From a virus: DNA of 64,000 nt. The stretch lies in UHGV virus genome UHGV-1455077. One strand, written 5' to 3'. Below are positions 1 through 8,880 of this stretch, in pieces (positions within the stretch are counted from its first letter, which is position 1; each line of letters begins with the position of its first letter). Under the pieces are notes generated by a model, which saw only the letters and a list, made by a program, of their open reading frames with translations, did not search any database and was not told the DNA's origin. The translations under genes were made by a program, and so were the position numbers.

Positions 1-522
1 AAATTCATATCCATTAGAAGTTTGAAGCCAACAAATTTTTTCATCTCCATCATTCATTTCAACAGGAAAATATTGTTTATAATTTTCTTCAATTGTTCTT
101 AATCGTTTCATAAATGAATGAAAAGATTCATTAATTAGATATGTACAATTATCAAAAGTATTTAAAACTAAAAATTGTTGTTTTGGTATTCCATTATGAG
201 GAATAGTTGGTATATGTATTCTTTCAATATCTGAATCTGCTACATAATCAAATAATTTATTATATCCAATACCAATAAACAATATATTCATTAAATTAAC
301 TGTATGAATTTCATTATCTATACCAATAAATTTAATATCTAATGCATTATCATAAAAAATATGCCAGCTTTTTTCTATTGGTTTTTCTTTAGGTATTAAT
401 TTATTTTTTGAAATATAATCATTTTCATTTATTGTTTTTAATGATTTAAAAACAAATGAATTTGTTTCAGAATTATATATTTGACAATAAGATTTTCTTT
501 CTTCCATAAAAGAAGATTTCAT
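1..522 (-). CDS. hypothetical protein, partial (N-terminal part in window; gene continues past window start)
   Basis: Open reading frame on minus strand from ATG at 522..520 (MKSSFMEERKSYCQIY...) running uninterrupted to position 1; not in ORF track because it runs off the edge. Confidence 0.4.
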   Translation of the reverse strand, partial: MKSSFMEERKSYCQIYNSETNSFVFKSLKTINENDYISKNKLIPKEKPIEKSWHIFYDNALDIKFIGIDNEIHTVNLMNILFIGIGYNKLFDYVADSDIERIHIPTIPHNGIPKQQFLVLNTFDNCTYLINESFHSFMKRLRTIEENYKQYFPVEMNDGDEKICWLQTSNGYEF

Positions 523-621
523 TTCTTTAATATCATTTTTAATATTTTTTATTTCTTTATTAATATGTGATGTAATAATTTTCTTTGATTTATAATTTCC
601 TATTTTTTTATTTTTCAATTA

Positions 622-792
622 AACTTCTCCATCAACCTCAATTTCTTTACATTCATAAAGTTTTAATTTTAATTCTTTGTTTTCAAACATTTCTTTTGAT
701 TTCTGAAATTCCTCAATTGTTTCGCAAGGTAAAACTTCATTATTTGTATTACCATACTCATCTGTCATAATTAGTTCAATGATATATTTCAT
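622..792 (-). CDS. small hypothetical protein (56 aa)
   Basis: GGAG RBS then ATG at 792..790 (MKYIIELIMTDEYGN...), ATGA start/stop overlap with upstream gene 789..1019; below ORF-track length cutoff. Confidence 0.3.
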
Positions 793-1019
793 AATTTTAA
801 CTCCTCTTTAAGTGTTTTGTTATATTTTGAAGCATTTAATAAAACTTTGGTAAATGTTTCAACTTCAACCTCACCTGTTTCAGGATTTAAATAATCAGAA
901 TATGATAAATCACATTTATCACAATAACTACTATCAAGAGATAACTTTGTTTTTTTACCTTCAATAATCAAACCACTTTTTCCAGCAGAAACAGGATTAA
1001 CATCTATAAAATATCGCAT
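789..1019 (-). CDS. hypothetical protein
   Basis: ORF 76 aa, tightly packed with neighbours on same strand. Confidence 0.4.
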   Translation of the reverse strand: MRYFIDVNPVSAGKSGLIIEGKKTKLSLDSSYCDKCDLSYSDYLNPETGEVEVETFTKVLLNASKYNKTLKEELKL

Positions 1020-1028
1020 TTTTTACTC

Positions 1029-1268
1029 CTAAAAATCAGATTCAATTTCTATAATTTTATGCTGTGAAGGAAATAATTCTATTGATGATAAGAATTTTTC
1101 AGCATTTTCTTTTGAGCGAAATAAACCTTTAATTTGAAAATCTATTTGACAATCTTCAATTATAGAATCATATTCATCATTTTTAAAATGAACATTTTTC
1201 AATGTATCTATGTAAACAATTGCATATAACATTATTTTATTCCTTATTAAGCAGTTTTGTAACGACAA
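1029..1268 (-). CDS. hypothetical protein
   Basis: ORF 79 aa in co-directional small-gene array. Confidence 0.4.
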   Translation of the reverse strand: MSLQNCLIRNKIMLYAIVYIDTLKNVHFKNDEYDSIIEDCQIDFQIKGLFRSKENAEKFLSSIELFPSQHKIIEIESDF

Positions 1269-1534
1269 GAACCAATTTCATAGCCTTTTTTAGCTAACAA
1301 TTCATTAAAATACCATAAATTAGTTCCACCAGTATAATCTTGACGATTTTTTGCTGTCCGAAACATAATAAAATTATTATTTGTCATTGGACAAGTTCTT
1401 ACATCAGCAGTTGAAATGTAGTACAATTGACCATCCAAATTAAAAAATCCTGAACAGTAATAATAGCCAGCTTTTAACTCAATATCTGTTCCACCAATAA
1501 TTTCAATTGCCTTTTTCAAAGAAACTTTTTTCAT
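1247..1534 (-). CDS. hypothetical protein
   Basis: ORF 95 aa; preceded on minus strand by TTGACA-N16-TATATT promoter. Confidence 0.45.
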   Translation of the reverse strand: MKKVSLKKAIEIIGGTDIELKAGYYYCSGFFNLDGQLYYISTADVRTCPMTNNNFIMFRTAKNRQDYTGGTNLWYFNELLAKKGYEIGSCRYKTA

Positions 1535-1569
1535 TTTATTAACCTTTCATTGTTGTTTTTGATAAGGTT

Positions 1570-1597
1570 AATATAACATATAAAAATTACTTGTCAA
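1570..1597 (-). promoter_or_regulatory. sigma70-like early promoter (TTGACA-N16-TATATT, extended ATATGTTATATT) for gene 1247..1534
   Basis: minus-strand reading ttgacaagtaatttttatatgttatatt; same extended -10 block as promoter at 40317..40344. Confidence 0.5.
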
Positions 1598-1605
1598 TAG
1601 GAAAA

Positions 1606-1639
1606 ATAAAAAAATCTGCCAAACTTGGCAGATTTTTGA
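1606..1639. terminator. bidirectional rho-independent terminator
   Basis: hairpin atctgccaaacttggcagat flanked by A-run and T-run. Confidence 0.7.
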
Positions 1640-1939
1640 TTATTTAAAAGGTTTAACTTTTGCATATGAAATAATTCTAAATGGATTTTTAAGATACCAA
1701 TCACGATTAAATTTATGTTTAATAGCGTGATAAAACTTACCTTTTGATGGTGATTTAATCCAATCTAAATAATCTTTTCGTGTTAAACCTCTTACAATAT
1801 ATGTTTTTGGATTTTTTTGAACTTTAAATGTGATAATTTCTTCACCTGGAAAAAAACGATTTCGGCGACCATAATAAGATACATCTTTTAACCAAGATGA
1901 ATTAACTAATCTTTCTTGTAACAATGTGCTTACTTTCAT
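1640..1939 (-). CDS. hypothetical basic protein
   Basis: ORF 99 aa, K/R-rich. Confidence 0.45.
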   Translation of the reverse strand: MKVSTLLQERLVNSSWLKDVSYYGRRNRFFPGEEIITFKVQKNPKTYIVRGLTRKDYLDWIKSPSKGKFYHAIKHKFNRDWYLKNPFRIISYAKVKPFK

Positions 1940-1948
1940 TTATATCCT

Positions 1949-4900
1949 TTATTCAACAATAATATTATTTTTACCACGTAAATAGTCAACAGTAATTAAA
2001 ATTGTTCCAGCAGTTGAAACTTGAATTACCGCAGATGAATCATCAACATTACTTAATGGAATGAATTTATTAATTAAATTCATATTTTCATCTAATAATT
2101 CCAAATACAAAGTATAATCAGAAAAATTATATTCTAATGTATAATCAGTATCATCTGCAATAATTTCAAAAGTTGTTGGATTAACTTTTTGTAAATCTCT
2201 TTCAAAGTTAAAAATAAAGTCATAACCTGTTTCTGGGATAACGAACCAATATGTTGAATTAAATAATTCGTGAGCATCAGATGAAGTATGTGCCAATTTA
2301 CATTCATAATATCTATCGCGATAAGCTACTCTATCACCAACTTTGTATTCAACACTTGTAGCCCAATTTTGGTAATACTTACCATTAATATCTCTTTTTG
2401 TTACATCTAATATATTTCTATTAAATAATAAACGAGCTGAATCTTCATTATTTGATGCAACAATAGAAACATATTTAATATCTTTTAAATCAACAGTTAA
2501 TCCCGTGTCAAAATCTTTTCCTTGTGCATAAACATCTTCCCACATTGATATTTTACCAGTTCTGCCTGCATCTTCATCAAAAGATGATGATGAAATATGA
2601 GCTTGACTACACATATAATAATAAGTTTCTTCAACTCCATCATATGTTTCATTATGTTTTACAATATCACCAACAGCATATGATAAATTTGATTCCCAAG
2701 TTAATGTATCTTGATTAATTTTATTCACAATAGAATAAAATGGTCGTCTAATATTAATTGATATTTGTTTTAAATTAACAAAATCTCCATAAATTCCTTT
2801 ATCAAAGAAAATTAAAGGAATTCTTGTTTTATTAATTGTTTGAATAGCTTGATAATCAATACCTAAACGATTTTCAGTTGATGCTAATTTATTAACATAT
2901 TCAACATTAGGAATAGCATCATTATCTGAAGCAATACGTTCAGCATATGATAATCCTGTATGTGTTGAATCATCAATAACTAAATAATTATCTCTTGTTG
3001 TTTGGAAAGTAATCTTTTGTCCACTCTCATAACTACGTATTGGATTACCATTTAAATCTAATGTTTTATCTAATAATATTGATGGAGTATAATAATTTTC
3101 TAATTTCCAATAATTACTATTATCTGTTGTTATATCAGTTGATGAAGTATGAGCTTGTAAGCATACAAAAATTTTATAACCTATTTCAAATGGTATTTGA
3201 ACATAATCATTAACATTATATTCAACTCCAATTTCCCAATCAGGATAAGATATTGAGTTTCCACCTAATTCTAAATGTCCATAAAACCCTGAACCAATAG
3301 AAACATCACCTATTAAATTTGTTCCTGTAACGGCAACTTTATTATTATTAGTTTCATCGCCTTGTTCAATAGTTAAACCATTTGTTAATGGTTTAACAAC
3401 TTCTTGACCATTAACAATTTCAGTATTATAAAGTCCTTTAACTAAATAATCTCCATTTGGAGTTGCTAAATAATCTAAAAATACCCATTTAGGTTGATAA
3501 AAACCAAATTGATAAATTCTTTTTGAACTCATTTCTGGGTCTAATGTATCAATATTATTTAATTCTGAATTATTAGAAAAACGAGTTGCAACAGTATTTG
3601 TTTCAGTAACTTCTTTATCAAATAAAGTATTAATAAATGTTAAATATTCTGTTCTATTACTTAAAGTAATAATATTTTTTCCCAATGAACAATTAGTAAA
3701 TTTATTACTAATAAATGAACCATTAGATGTTTTTCCAGCATCATTAAAGGCAGTAATATTTAACGCTTGATTTGTAATATCTTTAAATAAACAATTATTA
3801 AATAAAAACCAACTTAAATTATTTGATATACTTACACCATTTTTACCATTTTCAAATATGCAATCAAAAAAATGTATATGTGATGAATCTTGTAATCCTT
3901 GTGTTTTGTAAATATTAACTAATGTTGAACCGTTTCCATTTTGAACGTCTGAATAGCCAACAAATTTAACATTTTTAAACCATACATCAAAAGTTGAACC
4001 TAATAGTAAAACAGTTTCTAATGTACTTTCAGATACATCAAATGTCATATCTTCAACAATAATATTATGAGCAATTTCTCCATTAACACCATACTTATTT
4101 GTTGCTGATAAATCACTTAATACATAATTACTGTCTAATGTTGTTAATAATATATTTAAACCATTTTCATAACTATTAGTTTTAATAATTGTTCTATCAA
4201 TTCCTTCACCTTTTAAATGAATACCAGTTGGCAATGCAATAGGTTTAGAATTAATAATGTATTCTCCCGCAGGAACAAGCATTGTTTTATAACAATTTGG
4301 TTTATTATCTGAACAAAAAACAGTTAAAATTGCATTATAAAAACTATCTGAATCATCAGTTGTTCCATCTCCTAACACACCAAAGTTTTTAACTGAACAA
4401 TAATCATCTAAAACTTCTTGAATAGTTCTATCAGATGGCGGATTAGCATTTTCAGTATAACTTGAATCAGTTGTGATACCAATAATATCTAAAATACCAC
4501 CTTGTTCTTGACCTTCTCCATTTTCTAAAACAAGAGTATCTCCATTACTAATTAATTGTATTTTTCCACCTTCAACAACTTGTGCTTTAACATCTAAATT
4601 TAATGAATTAATAATATCACAAAATCCTTGGGCATCAGTTTCTTTATCAAAAGTTATAGTTTGACCATTGATTACAATTGTTGTTCCAGCAGGAATTGAT
4701 GGATATAATTTAGAACCTGTTACAATAATTGGAAGATTGCTTTCACTACCATTTGAAAAAACATATTTTATCATTTCCAAATTATCACTAAATTCAGTTA
4801 ATACTTGAATATTACCATATGGAAAAGTATTTGATTGAATTCTTTCTTTTAATTTTGGATTATTTGGATTACCAATAAAAAGGCTATTAGTATCAGTTGC

Positions 4901-4993
4901 TAAACCAAATTCACCTTCGTGTAAATCAGTCAATTCACTTTGATTTCCACGTCTATGTTGCATTAATGCTATCTGCTTTGTATTCTTTGCCAT
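1949..4993 (-). CDS. tail spike / tail fibre protein with pectate-lyase-superfamily right-handed beta-helix (putative polysaccharide depolymerase)
   Basis: 1014 aa; motif VKNFGVLGDGTTDDSDSFYNAIL typical of pectate lyase 3 / tailspike beta-helix domains; N-terminal anchor-like region. Confidence 0.65.
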   Translation of the reverse strand: MAKNTKQIALMQHRRGNQSELTDLHEGEFGLATDTNSLFIGNPNNPKLKERIQSNTFPYGNIQVLTEFSDNLEMIKYVFSNGSESNLPIIVTGSKLYPSIPAGTTIVINGQTITFDKETDAQGFCDIINSLNLDVKAQVVEGGKIQLISNGDTLVLENGEGQEQGGILDIIGITTDSSYTENANPPSDRTIQEVLDDYCSVKNFGVLGDGTTDDSDSFYNAILTVFCSDNKPNCYKTMLVPAGEYIINSKPIALPTGIHLKGEGIDRTIIKTNSYENGLNILLTTLDSNYVLSDLSATNKYGVNGEIAHNIIVEDMTFDVSESTLETVLLLGSTFDVWFKNVKFVGYSDVQNGNGSTLVNIYKTQGLQDSSHIHFFDCIFENGKNGVSISNNLSWFLFNNCLFKDITNQALNITAFNDAGKTSNGSFISNKFTNCSLGKNIITLSNRTEYLTFINTLFDKEVTETNTVATRFSNNSELNNIDTLDPEMSSKRIYQFGFYQPKWVFLDYLATPNGDYLVKGLYNTEIVNGQEVVKPLTNGLTIEQGDETNNNKVAVTGTNLIGDVSIGSGFYGHLELGGNSISYPDWEIGVEYNVNDYVQIPFEIGYKIFVCLQAHTSSTDITTDNSNYWKLENYYTPSILLDKTLDLNGNPIRSYESGQKITFQTTRDNYLVIDDSTHTGLSYAERIASDNDAIPNVEYVNKLASTENRLGIDYQAIQTINKTRIPLIFFDKGIYGDFVNLKQISINIRRPFYSIVNKINQDTLTWESNLSYAVGDIVKHNETYDGVEETYYYMCSQAHISSSSFDEDAGRTGKISMWEDVYAQGKDFDTGLTVDLKDIKYVSIVASNNEDSARLLFNRNILDVTKRDINGKYYQNWATSVEYKVGDRVAYRDRYYECKLAHTSSDAHELFNSTYWFVIPETGYDFIFNFERDLQKVNPTTFEIIADDTDYTLEYNFSDYTLYLELLDENMNLINKFIPLSNVDDSSAVIQVSTAGTILITVDYLRGKNNIIVE

Positions 4994-5070
4994 TTTAAAT
5001 AAACCTTTTACATTATATATGATTATTTATTTAATAAATGTTTGTATAACCTTATTGATTGGGTTGAAAT

Positions 5071-5100
5071 AAAAATAAAAAGAGAGGATTTTACCTCTCT
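5071..5100 (-). terminator. rho-independent terminator downstream of regulator gene
   Basis: hairpin agagagg-attttac-cctctct followed on minus strand by T-run, immediately after stop codon at 5100. Confidence 0.6.
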
Positions 5101-5708
5101 TAATTTAAATCAATACCTAATTCTTTTGCTTTATTAATCATCTGTACTCTATTAAAACAATTCATTCTTTTTAGTATATTTGTTATATGAACTTTAACCG
5201 TGGATTCAGATATATTTAATTCATAAGCAATTTGTTTATTTGATAATCCTTTATTAATCAACTTAATAACATCTATCTGCTTATTTGTAACAATATTATT
5301 AAATGATTTCATTATTAAGTTATTAGGAAAATAATTTTCATTTAACATAATTAAGTTTATTATATTGAAAATTTTATCATTTGAATACTTTTTAGAAATA
5401 TAACCAGCAACATTAAACGCCATATATGTTTTAACATCTGATGAAATATATTCTGATGTAAAAATAACAATTTTTGATTTCGTATTACTATTTGTAATAG
5501 TTTTAATAAGAGATTGCATATCTATTTTGTTAGTTTTTGTAATAAAAATTAAATCATACATATTAAAATCAACATTATTTTTAACTGCCAAATAATCACA
5601 GTACGCATCAACATCACATTCAATATTAAATCTTTTTAATAATTCTTTTAGTCCAGTAACATATAGTTCCTCATCATCTAAAGTTAGTATTTTCATTCTT
5701 AACCTCAC
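5100..5708 (-). CDS. LuxR/NarL-family response-regulator-like transcription factor with atypical receiver domain
   Basis: C-terminal HTH LuxR signature LSNKQIAYELNISESTVKVHITNILKRMN; N-terminal receiver-like fold (LTLDDEE, conserved K) but phospho-acceptor Asp position reads IFITK instead of LLDL. Confidence 0.7.
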   Translation of the reverse strand: MRLRMKILTLDDEELYVTGLKELLKRFNIECDVDAYCDYLAVKNNVDFNMYDLIFITKTNKIDMQSLIKTITNSNTKSKIVIFTSEYISSDVKTYMAFNVAGYISKKYSNDKIFNIINLIMLNENYFPNNLIMKSFNNIVTNKQIDVIKLINKGLSNKQIAYELNISESTVKVHITNILKRMNCFNRVQMINKAKELGIDLN

Positions 5709-5793
5709 TTCTGTTTGTTATAAAACTATCACAATAATAAAAGAGGTATTAATAATTCTTTAGAAGCGTAGCACATAATTCTTAATATTTAGT

Positions 5794-5808
5794 TTTCAAT
5801 ATGAAAAT
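5794..5808. promoter_or_regulatory. 15-bp palindrome TTTTCAATATGAAAA in divergent promoter region (candidate operator)
   Basis: perfect inverted repeat ttttca-ata-tgaaaa about 86 bp upstream of regulator start. Confidence 0.3.
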
Positions 5809-5883
5809 AGTTTTAAAAAAAATTTATTAAGTAAAAACAATAAGTTATCTCATTTTTATCTCAAATTTCATTTAATTTTGGTC

Positions 5884-5892
5884 AATAAATAT
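5884..5892 (+). promoter_or_regulatory. late-promoter-like motif AATAAATAT upstream of 5934 cluster
   Basis: motif shared with more than 14 other sites upstream of start codons. Confidence 0.35.
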
Positions 5893-5933
5893 TTTTGTGA
5901 GAAGGACATCACGATTAAATTGAGAGGTTAAAA

Positions 5934-6392
5934 ATGAATACATCTTATGAAAAATTATCATTTTATAACACCTTTTTTGGTGGTTCAATAGATGGTGATA
6001 ATATTGTTTCAACGGACTTTTATGGCAACAAGCAAATCGTTGGTGTAACAATGAAAAAATATCAAGATACGTTAGATTTATTAAACACATATTATAATAA
6101 ATTGATTGAACTTGGTGTCATTGAAAAGGAGAAAACTCCAGAAGATATTGCTAAAGAGCAACAACAAATGATGCAAGCAATGTTTACCCAAATGCAGATG
6201 ATGCAAGAGAAATTGGATAATTTACAAAAGAATACTGATGAAAATATTATGAAAGGCGAAAATAATGAATATGAATCAAATAGCGAATTTGTTAACACAG
6301 AAATTCAATCTGAATCAAAATCAACAGAGCAACCTATCACAGTCAATAGAAAAAGCAAGAACTCTGCTAAATTCAGTAAACAATCCAACTGA
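5934..6392 (+). CDS. hypothetical Q/M-rich protein
   Basis: ORF 152 aa, good RBS agagg; 3-prime 128 nt overlap next ORF in +1 frame. Confidence 0.4.
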   Translation: MNTSYEKLSFYNTFFGGSIDGDNIVSTDFYGNKQIVGVTMKKYQDTLDLLNTYYNKLIELGVIEKEKTPEDIAKEQQQMMQAMFTQMQMMQEKLDNLQKNTDENIMKGENNEYESNSEFVNTEIQSESKSTEQPITVNRKSKNSAKFSKQSN

Positions 6393-6657
6393 AGCATTAT
6401 CTAAAGCAAATATTGACCCAGGTTTTTTAGAAAAAATTAAAGGTTACTTAAACAATCCAATGTATAGCTTTTTATTACCTATGATTGGAATAGATAAAAA
6501 AGTTGCCTTACAAAAGATAGATTCATTGGAACAAATGTTGAATAATCAGTCAACTAATCTTACAACATACTCTAATGAATCTCAAACTTCATCATTCCCA
6601 ACGAGTCAGAATGATGATTTAGAAAGATTTAGAAAAGGTCTAAATTCTTTCAAATAG
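6265..6657 (+). CDS. hypothetical protein
   Basis: ORF 130 aa non-low-complexity; starts inside previous ORF. Confidence 0.4.
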   Translation: MNMNQIANLLTQKFNLNQNQQSNLSQSIEKARTLLNSVNNPTEALSKANIDPGFLEKIKGYLNNPMYSFLLPMIGIDKKVALQKIDSLEQMLNNQSTNLTTYSNESQTSSFPTSQNDDLERFRKGLNSFK

Positions 6658-6709
6658 GACTCAATATTATTATGTTTATTAAAATATTATTATAAAAGGA
6701 GATATTATT

Positions 6710-7294
6710 ATGAACGAAATGATGTCAAATGATACTACATTTAGTTGGGGTTGGGTAATTTTCTTAATCTTAATTTTATGGTTCTTTGTTGGCGGAAACG
6801 GTTTTGGTTTTGGCGGATATGGTAACAGAGCTGGAAGTTTTTTAGCTGGTGATATATTAGGTCAATTACAAGGTCGTGATGCTTCATTAAGTTGCGGAGC
6901 TTCAAACTGTGAAGTTGAAAGACGTGGCTTAATTACTGCCGCTGAAACAAATTATAGAATTATTGACCAAGCTCAGCAAACTCGCAATGTTGTAGAAGCA
7001 ACTTCTGCTACAACAAATGCAAAAATTGACTTCTATGCTTACCAAGATTTAAGAGATAAATTATCTGAATCTCAAAGAGAAAATATGATGTTACAAAACA
7101 AATTATATTCTGATGCGAAATTCGGTGCAATTGAAGCTCAATTAGCTTCTATCTCTTGCAGAATGGCTAAACAACCAGAAGTTTATGCAACAAGTGCTGT
7201 TTGTCCAAATGCCGCTGTAATTAACGGTTTAGGTATCAATGGTATGCCTTACGGTTTTTACGGTTGCGGATGCAATGGTAACGTATTATCTTAA
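6710..7294 (+). CDS. membrane-anchored Gly-rich / Cys-containing protein (possible i-spanin-like or envelope protein)
   Basis: AAGGAG RBS; N-terminal TM WGWVIFLILILWFFV, glycine-rich GGNGFGFGGYGN, predicted helical periplasmic region, C-terminal GFYGCGCNG. Confidence 0.5.
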   Translation: MNEMMSNDTTFSWGWVIFLILILWFFVGGNGFGFGGYGNRAGSFLAGDILGQLQGRDASLSCGASNCEVERRGLITAAETNYRIIDQAQQTRNVVEATSATTNAKIDFYAYQDLRDKLSESQRENMMLQNKLYSDAKFGAIEAQLASISCRMAKQPEVYATSAVCPNAAVINGLGINGMPYGFYGCGCNGNVLS

Positions 7295-7315
7295 TTAAGA
7301 TAATATAATTAAATC

Positions 7316-7343
7316 GGGTGATGATGATTATTCACCATCACCC
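7316..7343 (+). terminator. strong hairpin downstream of 6710..7294 (terminator-like, weak U-tract)
   Basis: gggtgatgatga-ttat-tcaccatcaccc 12-bp stem with one mismatch. Confidence 0.4.
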
Positions 7344-7365
7344 TTGAATTACAAGGAGAATTATT

Positions 7366-7698
7366 ATGTTTTGTGATATATTACACGTTAAAAGTACAGC
7401 AGTAGCATATAACGCCGCAACTGCTGATGCAACATCTAATTTATTAATTACTTTACCAAATGCTACTTTAACAAATGGTCAAGTTTTTACTTTAGATATT
7501 TGCCAATCAATTCCTGAAATTCCAGCAGGTGATAATCCACAAGTGATGTTAGTAATTAATTCATCACCTTATCCTGTTTATTTACAAATGGGAAATTATG
7601 TACGTGCAAATAGCTTAAAATGTCGTAAAAGATTAACATTAGTGTTTGGAACAGACCCATCACATATGACTGTTTTATCACCTTGTTTGAAATTCTAA
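7366..7698 (+). CDS. hypothetical Cys-containing protein
   Basis: ORF 110 aa, AAGGAG RBS. Confidence 0.45.
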   Translation: MFCDILHVKSTAVAYNAATADATSNLLITLPNATLTNGQVFTLDICQSIPEIPAGDNPQVMLVINSSPYPVYLQMGNYVRANSLKCRKRLTLVFGTDPSHMTVLSPCLKF

Positions 7699-7765
7699 AA
7701 TAAAAAGGAATAAGTTGTTGTATGCCTTTATTCTTTATGAGTAAAGGCATCTGAAAAGGATTAAA

Positions 7766-8140
7766 ATGAATTGTAAATTTAATGTTAAAAAATGTCTTAC
7801 TTGTCCAAAATATAATCATTGCTTATTACAAATGGTTTATACAAATACTTTGGGTCTTGCTGATATGATTAATGATTTAGTTGAAAATCAACAAAAATTA
7901 ATTAATACATTATCTAATATTCAAACATCTATCTATCCTAAATCTTTAGAAGATAGTGTTGATTTATCAACAAATGTTGATGAAATATCGACAAAATTAG
8001 ATACATTAACAAGAATGTTTGAAAATAATGAAGATGATAAAAATGAAATGAATATAGACTTATCACAAATACAAGCAACATTATTAAATATTAAATCAAG
8101 AATTGATAATCTTTTATTAGAAAAGGAAAGAGATGCTTAG
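7766..8140 (+). CDS. hypothetical protein with N-terminal CxxC pair
   Basis: ORF 124 aa; KKCLTCPKYNHC. Confidence 0.4.
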   Translation: MNCKFNVKKCLTCPKYNHCLLQMVYTNTLGLADMINDLVENQQKLINTLSNIQTSIYPKSLEDSVDLSTNVDEISTKLDTLTRMFENNEDDKNEMNIDLSQIQATLLNIKSRIDNLLLEKERDA

Positions 8141-8333
8141 ATTTATTGGAGATATGTTTATTGGTTGGATACTTTTTACCGATACTGGTAAAAAAACAAT
8201 TAATATGGTAGTGAATAAGGCGTATAAACATATTCAATCAAATGTGTTAAATTCAACACAAATGAAAGATTTATTGTCATTAAAAGATATTTTTATAAAG
8301 GATGAAAATGATAAATCTACCACTAACAATTGA
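8133..8333 (+). CDS. hypothetical small protein
   Basis: ORF 66 aa overlapping neighbours by a few nt. Confidence 0.3.
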   Translation: MLRFIGDMFIGWILFTDTGKKTINMVVNKAYKHIQSNVLNSTQMKDLLSLKDIFIKDENDKSTTNN

Positions 8334-8559
8334 ACAAAAAATTGATGAAATTCATACCGAAGTTGTTCAGAACGATAATATGTTAGATGTATTAAATTTA
8401 ATTTCCATTGCATTAGGTTTTTATAACTCATATTTGAATATCCAACAGATTGATAACAACTCTATTATGGCAGAATTAAATAAGCAAGATAAAATTTATT
8501 TTGAACGAATAATTAAATTACTTGAAGAAATAAAAGGAGCAAAAAATGATGATGAGTAA
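8302..8559 (+). CDS. hypothetical small protein
   Basis: ORF 85 aa. Confidence 0.35.
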   Translation: MKMINLPLTIEQKIDEIHTEVVQNDNMLDVLNLISIALGFYNSYLNIQQIDNNSIMAELNKQDKIYFERIIKLLEEIKGAKNDDE

Positions 8560-8848
8560 TGGAATGATGCGTGGTAATAACGTTCCTGAAATGTCTGAAG
8601 AAAAGACAGAAATTAAAGTTAAAGATGAAGAAACATCACAAACTCAAATTTGTGAAAACAATGTTGAAATTAAAAAAGATTCTTCAACATCAGATTTTAT
8701 GAATCTTGCAAAACTTTATATTCCATTAGTTACTTCTATGATTAATACAAGTAACGAGTCTTTTGAAATTAAATGTTTACACGAAAAGTTGCACGAATTA
8801 GATAAGAGAATTGCAGTTTGTGAAGCATTAATCCATTCAGGAAAATAA
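8546..8848 (+). CDS. hypothetical protein
   Basis: ORF 100 aa followed by terminator. Confidence 0.35.
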   Translation: MMMSNGMMRGNNVPEMSEEKTEIKVKDEETSQTQICENNVEIKKDSSTSDFMNLAKLYIPLVTSMINTSNESFEIKCLHEKLHELDKRIAVCEALIHSGK

Positions 8849-8849
8849 A

Positions 8850-8880
8850 AAGAAAAGGGCTGTATAGCCCTTTTCTTTTA
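8850..8880. terminator. bidirectional rho-independent terminator
   Basis: aaaagggctgtatagccctttt hairpin with flanking A/T runs. Confidence 0.7.

Noticed and set aside
585-770. 61-aa plus ORF
   Set aside because: Overlaps a better-supported minus-strand small gene with RBS and ATGA coupling; hydrophobic low-complexity translation
2524-2718. Internal ORFs embedded in the large genes (also 20163, 21148, 26187, 30207, 33340, 33347, 34111, 34351, 35683, 36415, 43273, 52120, 54262, 59184, 62029)
   Set aside because: All are alternate-frame or antisense ORFs fully embedded in long genes with clear motifs; AT-rich sequence yields such ORFs by chance
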